Assembly (NCBI GenBank): GCA_021604505.1
Contig: BQJC01000004.1
Location: 304,581-368,580 of the forward strand
Direction of reading: 5' to 3'
DNA length: 64,000 nucleotides
DNA from: Nitrospinaceae bacterium
Lineage (GTDB): Bacteria > Nitrospinota > Nitrospinia > Nitrospinales > VA-1
The position numbers and the translations under genes were made by a program. The notes under the pieces were generated by a model. The model was not told where the DNA came from. It did not search any database and saw nothing but the letters and a program-made list of their open reading frames with translations. Shown one piece after another: positions 59,104 through 64,000 of the stretch. How positions within the stretch are numbered: the stretch's first letter is position 1; each line of letters begins with the position of its first letter.

Positions 59104-60819
59104 ATGCGTTATTCCAAGATGTTCATTCCCACGCTCAAGGAATCCCCGGCGGATTCGGAAGTGGTCAGCCATCAACTGATGGTGCGGGCGGGAATGATCC
59201 GTCAGGTGGCTTCAGGAATTTATTCCATCCTTCCACTGGGTCTTAAAGTCCTCAAAAAAGTCGAGCAGATTATCAGAGAGGAAATGAACCGCATCGACGG
59301 CCAGGAAGTCTTTCTTCCCAGCATTCAACCGGCGGAGCTTTGGCAGGAAAGCGGGCGTTGGGATTTCTACGGTAAGGAACTCCTGAGAATTCAGGATCGG
59401 CACGACCGGAAATTTTGCTACGGGCCGACGCATGAGGAAATCATCACAGATATCGTCAGGAAAGAGGTCAAGTCTTACCGTCAGCTTCCCCTGCTGATGT
59501 ACCAGATTCAAACCAAATTCCGCGACGAGGTCCGCCCCCGCTACGGCATCATGCGCGGGCGCGAATTCATGATGAAAGACGCTTACAGCTTTCACGCCGA
59601 CGCCGGAGATGCAGAGGAAACTTATAAACAAACCGCCAGGGCCTATTCGAACATTTTTAAGCGCTGCGGGTTGGAGTTTAAAATGGTCGAAGCCGATTCC
59701 GGAAACATCGGCGGAAATTTTTCCCATGAATTTGCTGTATTGGCCGACTCGGGGGAAGATCATATCGGGTTTTGCGATTCCTGCGACTACGCTTCCAACC
59801 TGGAGCTGGCCGAAGCCAGGGCCCCCTCCCCCGCTGAAAATCCACCCCAATGGGACGCATTGAAAGAAGTGGCCACTCCAGGGAAAAAATCGGTAAAGGA
59901 GGTGGCCGGGTTTTTGTCCATCTCCCCCCGCGAAATCGTTAAAACCATCCTGTTCGAATCCGACCAGGGACTGGTCGCAGGTCTGGTGCGCGGCGATCAG
60001 GAGATCAACCCGGTCAAACTGAAAAATCTGACCGGCGCTGAATGGATGCATCCGGCCACCGAAAAAATAATATCAGAGCAGGCCGGTGTCCCCTGCGGTT
60101 TTGCCGGGCCTGTGGGGTTGAACCAGAAAATTTACGCCGACCGGGAGGTCGCGGTTCTCCATAATTTTGTCACCGGCGCCAACAAAACCGATGTCCACTT
60201 CACCGGCGTTCAGGTGGAGCGAGACTTAAAAATCGAAAAAATCGCCGATATCCGTAAAGTGAATGAAGGAGAACCCTGCCCCCGCTGTTCCGCTGGAGTC
60301 TACAAAGTCAAACGCGGAATCGAAGTCGGCCACATATTCATTTTGGGGACCAAATACAGCAAAGCCATGAACGCCGTCTTTCTCGACCCAAATGGAAAAG
60401 AAAAACAAATAGTTATGGGTTGTTACGGGGTTGGCGTCGGACGTACGGCGGCGGCGGCCATAGAGCAGAACCATGACGCCAATGGCATCATCTGGCCCTT
60501 GCCCATCGCCCCTTTTGCGGTTCACATTGTGCCCACCAACTATTCCGTAGAGGCCATCAAGACCGCCTGTGACTCGGCCTACCAAGCCCTGCGGGATCAA
60601 AACATAGAGGTATTGCTCGACGATCGTTCCGACCGCTTGGGGGTAAAGTTAAAGGACGCGGACCTCCTCGGCATTCCCCTGCAGATGATCATCGGCCCGA
60701 AAAACCTGGAAGCCGGAAAAGCGGAGATTAAAATAAGAAAAACAAGCGAATCCGAACTGCATGCGTTCCCGGAAGTTCTGAAACAAATTCCCGAAATCCT
60801 TAAAAACCTTTCTGCCTGA
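59104..60819 (+). CDS. proS: Proline--tRNA ligase (bacterial type with INS editing domain)
   Basis: 571 aa. It begins MRYSKMFIPTLKE.P.DSEVVSHQLMVRAGMIRQ and has class II motifs (FRDEVRPRYGIMRGREF, GCYGVGVGR). Confidence 0.95.
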   Translation: MRYSKMFIPTLKESPADSEVVSHQLMVRAGMIRQVASGIYSILPLGLKVLKKVEQIIREEMNRIDGQEVFLPSIQPAELWQESGRWDFYGKELLRIQDRHDRKFCYGPTHEEIITDIVRKEVKSYRQLPLLMYQIQTKFRDEVRPRYGIMRGREFMMKDAYSFHADAGDAEETYKQTARAYSNIFKRCGLEFKMVEADSGNIGGNFSHEFAVLADSGEDHIGFCDSCDYASNLELAEARAPSPAENPPQWDALKEVATPGKKSVKEVAGFLSISPREIVKTILFESDQGLVAGLVRGDQEINPVKLKNLTGAEWMHPATEKIISEQAGVPCGFAGPVGLNQKIYADREVAVLHNFVTGANKTDVHFTGVQVERDLKIEKIADIRKVNEGEPCPRCSAGVYKVKRGIEVGHIFILGTKYSKAMNAVFLDPNGKEKQIVMGCYGVGVGRTAAAAIEQNHDANGIIWPLPIAPFAVHIVPTNYSVEAIKTACDSAYQALRDQNIEVLLDDRSDRLGVKLKDADLLGIPLQMIIGPKNLEAGKAEIKIRKTSESELHAFPEVLKQIPEILKNLSA

Positions 60820-60905
60820 GCCGCCATCGCCCCGTCGAAATTTTCTCTTGCAACCCAAATGCCCTTTTAGTAGAATTTACTAGAAAATTTAGAGCTCGTG
60901 CGTGG

Positions 60906-60936
60906 AATGCGGGTTTTTATACCCGCATTTTTTTTT
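60906..60936 (+). terminator. Rho-independent terminator after proS
   Basis: AATGCGGGT-ttttat-ACCCGCATT forms a 9-bp stem. It runs into a stretch of 9 T residues. Confidence 0.7.
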
Positions 60937-61011
60937 GCCATCGGCAGGCCGATAATTGGTAGAATCACCCAAACCTCGGTTTGAATACGCTAAAACCCGC
61001 TCATTTTGTTT

Positions 61012-61479
61012 ATGAGTATGACCAAAACTTCCATCACCGAATCGATTATCGGACTCATCGAGCCCGTTATCCAGGAAGAATCCCTGGAACTGGTGGATGT
61101 GGAGTACAAGAAATTAGGGAAAACCTGGACCTTGCGGGTCTATATTGACAATGACCGGGGAATCACCGTCGACGACTGTCAAAAAATCAGCCGTCAAATT
61201 GAAGACATGATAGAAATCGACGATCTCATCGCCAATCCGTTTGTTTTGGAGGTCTCCTCCCCCGGTTTAGACCGGCCCTTGAAAAAAGTAAAAGATTTTT
61301 TGCGATATAAAGGTAAATCAGTGGAGGTCAAAACGTTTTCTCCAATAGAAAACCGTCGAGAATTTCACGGGATCATCCAGAACTGCAAGGATGAAGTCCT
61401 TTCTTTAAAAGAGGAAGAAGCTCTAATAAACATCCCCTTGGATAAAATCGCTAAAGCCAAACTAATCATTGAATTCTAA
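61012..61479 (+). CDS. rimP: Ribosome maturation factor RimP
   Basis: LELVDVEY...WTLRVYIDNDRGITVDDC and LEVSSPGLDRPL are present. It lies upstream of nusA-infB. The start (61006, 61012 or 61018) is ambiguous. Confidence 0.85.
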   Translation: MSMTKTSITESIIGLIEPVIQEESLELVDVEYKKLGKTWTLRVYIDNDRGITVDDCQKISRQIEDMIEIDDLIANPFVLEVSSPGLDRPLKKVKDFLRYKGKSVEVKTFSPIENRREFHGIIQNCKDEVLSLKEEEALINIPLDKIAKAKLIIEF

Positions 61480-61490
61480 GAACTAAACTC

Positions 61491-63113
61491 ATGAGCACCG
61501 AAACCATCAGCATCATAGAACAAATCGCCAGGGAAAAGGGACTGGACAAAAGCGTTTTGATCGATGCTCTCAAAAGTGCCGTTGAAGCCGCCGCCCGGAA
61601 ACGACTGCCCCTGTCTAAAGAACTCCACAGCGAGTTCAATGAGGATACCGGCGAGGTGGAAATCTTCGCCGAAAAAACGGTGGTGGAAGAAGTTGCGCTT
61701 CCCGATGAAGAGATAAGCCTCGAAGAGGCGCAAGCCATCGCTCCCGAAGTGGAGCTTGGCGAGCAGGTTTTAGTCCAGCAGGTTTTGGAAAATTATGGGA
61801 GGATCGCCGCGCAACTGGCAAAACAAGTCATTCTTCAAAAAGTGCGTGAAGCCGAAGTCGACCTGATTTATCATGATTTCATCGACAAAAAAGGCGAATT
61901 GATCAACGGCATCGTCCAACGCTACGAGCACGGCGATATTGTTGTCGATCTTGGAAAAGCGGAAGGAATATTGCCGCGCAGAGAGCAGGTTTTCCGGGAA
62001 ACGTTCAACCGCGGGGAGCGCATTCGCGCCTATATTCTGGATATACGCAAGACGTCCAAAAACGCCATGGTCATTTTATCCCGCACTCATACGGGGTTGA
62101 TCAAGCGCTTGTTCGAAATGGAAGTCCCAGAAATCAGCGAAGGTATGGTCGAAATCATGGGCATCGTCCGGGAACCCAACGGACGCACAAAAATCGCCGT
62201 CAAAACCAACGATCGCGACATCGATGCCGTCGGCGCTTGTGTCGGGATGCGGGGGATGCGTGTGCAAGCCATCGTGCAGGAATTGCGCGGGGAAAAAATA
62301 GATATCATCGAATTCTCGGAAGACCCGGAAGTATTCATACGAAACGCCTTAAGCCCCGCTAAAATTTCGCGGATCGTCATGAATGAACCGGCAAAGAGCA
62401 TGACTATCATTGTCGCCGACGATCAGATGTCTCTTGCCATCGGCAAAAAGGGGCAAAACGTGCGCCTTGCCGCCAAACTGGTGAAATGGAAAATCGATAT
62501 CCAGGGAGAAGCGGAAAGCGCCACGGGATCTGATTCGGAAGGACTCTTTGGCACGAAAAAACCTTCCACCGAAAGGAACTTTTTAGACCTTGTCAAGGAC
62601 ACCAAGGGATTGGGCGAAAAGATCATGTCAGCCCTCTTTGCCGGAGACGTTGTGTCTTTTAAGGAAGCCTTGAGTCGGGGAGCGAAAGGGTTGACTCAGC
62701 TGCCGGGCATCGGCCCTAAAAAAGCCGAAGCCATTCTGGAACTGGTGGAAGAGCATGCGGACCAACCCCACGCCGCTCAAGAAGAGATCCAGGAAACCGC
62801 TTCCGTGGAGGCGGAACCTGCTGAATCCATTGAAAACGCAGAAGAAGCGGAAGAAGTGGTTGCGGATTCTGAAGCAGTGACTGCCGGGCAGGAGGAAATC
62901 GATGATGAGGAACAGGATATCCTGGTCGATGAATTGGTCGACATTGACAGCGAGATCATAGAAATTTTAAAACAGAACGAGTTTCAAACATTGGCGGAGC
63001 TGTCGATCACTCCTCTCGAGGAGCTTTTGGCCATTGACGGGATCGGTGAAAATGTGGCTCTGTCGATCCTTGCTCAGGCCCAGCAACGGATGAACAATGT
63101 TGAAAACACATAA
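61491..63113 (+). CDS. nusA: Transcription termination/antitermination factor NusA (with acidic C-terminal extension)
   Basis: It has an N-terminal domain, S1, and two KH domains (IGKKGQNVRLA). C-terminal HhH-like repeats are interrupted by an E/D-rich segment. Confidence 0.95.
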   Translation: MSTETISIIEQIAREKGLDKSVLIDALKSAVEAAARKRLPLSKELHSEFNEDTGEVEIFAEKTVVEEVALPDEEISLEEAQAIAPEVELGEQVLVQQVLENYGRIAAQLAKQVILQKVREAEVDLIYHDFIDKKGELINGIVQRYEHGDIVVDLGKAEGILPRREQVFRETFNRGERIRAYILDIRKTSKNAMVILSRTHTGLIKRLFEMEVPEISEGMVEIMGIVREPNGRTKIAVKTNDRDIDAVGACVGMRGMRVQAIVQELRGEKIDIIEFSEDPEVFIRNALSPAKISRIVMNEPAKSMTIIVADDQMSLAIGKKGQNVRLAAKLVKWKIDIQGEAESATGSDSEGLFGTKKPSTERNFLDLVKDTKGLGEKIMSALFAGDVVSFKEALSRGAKGLTQLPGIGPKKAEAILELVEEHADQPHAAQEEIQETASVEAEPAESIENAEEAEEVVADSEAVTAGQEEIDDEEQDILVDELVDIDSEIIEILKQNEFQTLAELSITPLEELLAIDGIGENVALSILAQAQQRMNNVENT

Positions 63114-63166
63114 AAGGTTTCATATGGGGCTATAATCGCCTCTTCTAGATTTTAAGGAGATTGTAC

Positions 63167-64000
63167 TTGGCAAAAATTCGCGTAAACAAGCTAGCATTGG
63201 AACTCAATATTCAGAATGACCAGATTATTGATGCCTTGCATAAGAAAGATATTCCGGTCAAAAATTACATGAGCTCCATCGATGAGGAGACGGCAAGTTA
63301 TGTCCGCGAATTGTTCAGTCCCGAGTCAAACACAGTCAAAACCAAAAAGGTCAAGGCAAAAACCAAAATTACGGTCAAAACTGCCGCAAAAAAAACCGCA
63401 CCAAAAGCTAAAGCCAAAACCGTAAAAAAGGCAGTGGCCGCCAAAAAAACCGCATCAAAAGCGGCGCCAAAAGCCGCGCCCAAGGTGGCTGCAAAAACTG
63501 CCGCGAAAACTGCCGCGAAAACTGCCGCCAAAGCCGCGCCTAAAACAACCGCCGCCCAAAAAGCAACTCCTGCAAAGAAAGAACCGGCGGCTAAGGAAGC
63601 ACGCGAAGAAAAGCTCACTGAAATACTCCATCCGGATCAACTCCAGAAACAGCTCGCCGCCAAAAAAGCAGAGCTCGCGGCGGCGCCGAAAAAATCTGGA
63701 TTGAAAATCGTTAAAAAGGAAGAAAAAGCCAAGGAACCTGAAAAAAAGCCAAAACCTGCAAAAAAGCCCGCTAAAGAAAAAACCAAACCGGAAGAGCGCA
63801 AAGCCGCCCCTAAAAAAACAGCTCCGCAGCCTGTGGAAGCCAAAGAGCCAGCACCTGAAAAACAAATAGAAGCTGAAGAGGAAACCTTTGAGGTCGTACA
63901 AATTCCACCCAATATCCACATCAGAGATTTGGCTGAAAAACTGAAATGCGCTCCCAACGACATCATCATGGAGCTGATGGGCCTGGGAATCATGACCACC
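63167..64000 (+). CDS. infB: Translation initiation factor IF-2, N-terminal part (runs off window)
   Basis: This ORF is not in the track because it is open-ended. An AAGGAGA RBS is followed by a TTG at 63167. The translation begins (M)AKIRVNKLALELNIQNDQIIDAL. A K/A/P-rich linker follows, then the IF2_N motif IRDLAEKLKCAPNDIIMELMGLGIM. Confidence 0.9.
   Translation, partial: MAKIRVNKLALELNIQNDQIIDALHKKDIPVKNYMSSIDEETASYVRELFSPESNTVKTKKVKAKTKITVKTAAKKTAPKAKAKTVKKAVAAKKTASKAAPKAAPKVAAKTAAKTAAKTAAKAAPKTTAAQKATPAKKEPAAKEAREEKLTEILHPDQLQKQLAAKKAELAAAPKKSGLKIVKKEEKAKEPEKKPKPAKKPAKEKTKPEERKAAPKKTAPQPVEAKEPAPEKQIEAEEETFEVVQIPPNIHIRDLAEKLKCAPNDIIMELMGLGIMTT
63491..63526 (+). repeat. Three tandem 12-nt units (GC[A/G]AAAACTGCC) inside infB
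   Basis: The units are read directly from the sequence. They encode (AKTA)x3 within the low-complexity IF-2 linker. Confidence 0.8.

Noticed and set aside
59212-60051. A 279-aa minus-strand ORF
   Set aside because: It is antisense to proS and is a shadow frame.
63491-63526. A short tandem repeat that might hint at a CRISPR or VNTR
   Set aside because: There are only three 12-nt units, in-frame inside infB, encoding AKTA repeats of the low-complexity linker. This is not a CRISPR array.
63298-63999. Three minus-strand ORFs (106, 154 and 120 aa), rich in F/A/G/L
   Set aside because: They are mirror frames of the K/A/P-rich linker of IF-2. The plus strand encodes a clear infB N-terminus with RBS and IF2_N motif.

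Overview
This is a dense chromosomal segment coding on both strands, with about 60 protein genes, from a diderm (LPS-containing) bacterium. Reading by eye, I recognised no rRNA, tRNA, CRISPR array, transposase or integrase. The housekeeping backbone comprises two GT9 LPS-core heptosyltransferases, gcvPB, a type-E-like succinate dehydrogenase/fumarate reductase (flavoprotein, Fe-S and CCG subunits) beside a DASS transporter, a DEAD-box helicase, ligA and two HtrA/DegP proteases. It also includes an Hda-like DnaA paralogue, a fused 5-oxoprolinase, greA, trmB, purN, lolA, rseP, proS and the rimP-nusA-infB operon, with infB running off the right edge. Five items are unusual. (1) At 17.8-21.5 kb a tri-cysteine MerR-type regulator is divergent from a six-gene operon: DUF169, a thioredoxin-like protein, a SAM methyltransferase, an HgcA-like corrinoid membrane protein, a 62-aa Cys-rich ORF and a double YHS/TRASH protein. 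There is no HgcB ferredoxin and no merA/merB/merT/merP, and this is my best candidate for an undescribed system. (2) One ORF fuses a response-regulator receiver, a degenerate sigma54-type AAA+ domain and an HTH to a complete LpxC. (3) A PEP-mutase/nucleotidyltransferase fusion sits alone among housekeeping genes. (4) A cytochrome P460 gene lies behind a structured, purine/GGA-rich 300-nt spacer. (5) There are AT-rich islets, orphan terminator-like hairpins and long non-coding gaps. The gene content (CCG-type FRD, P460, HgcA-like) is reminiscent of Nitrospinota-like marine chemolithoautotrophs, but that taxonomic guess is inference only. All family calls come from motif recognition by eye; no searches were run.
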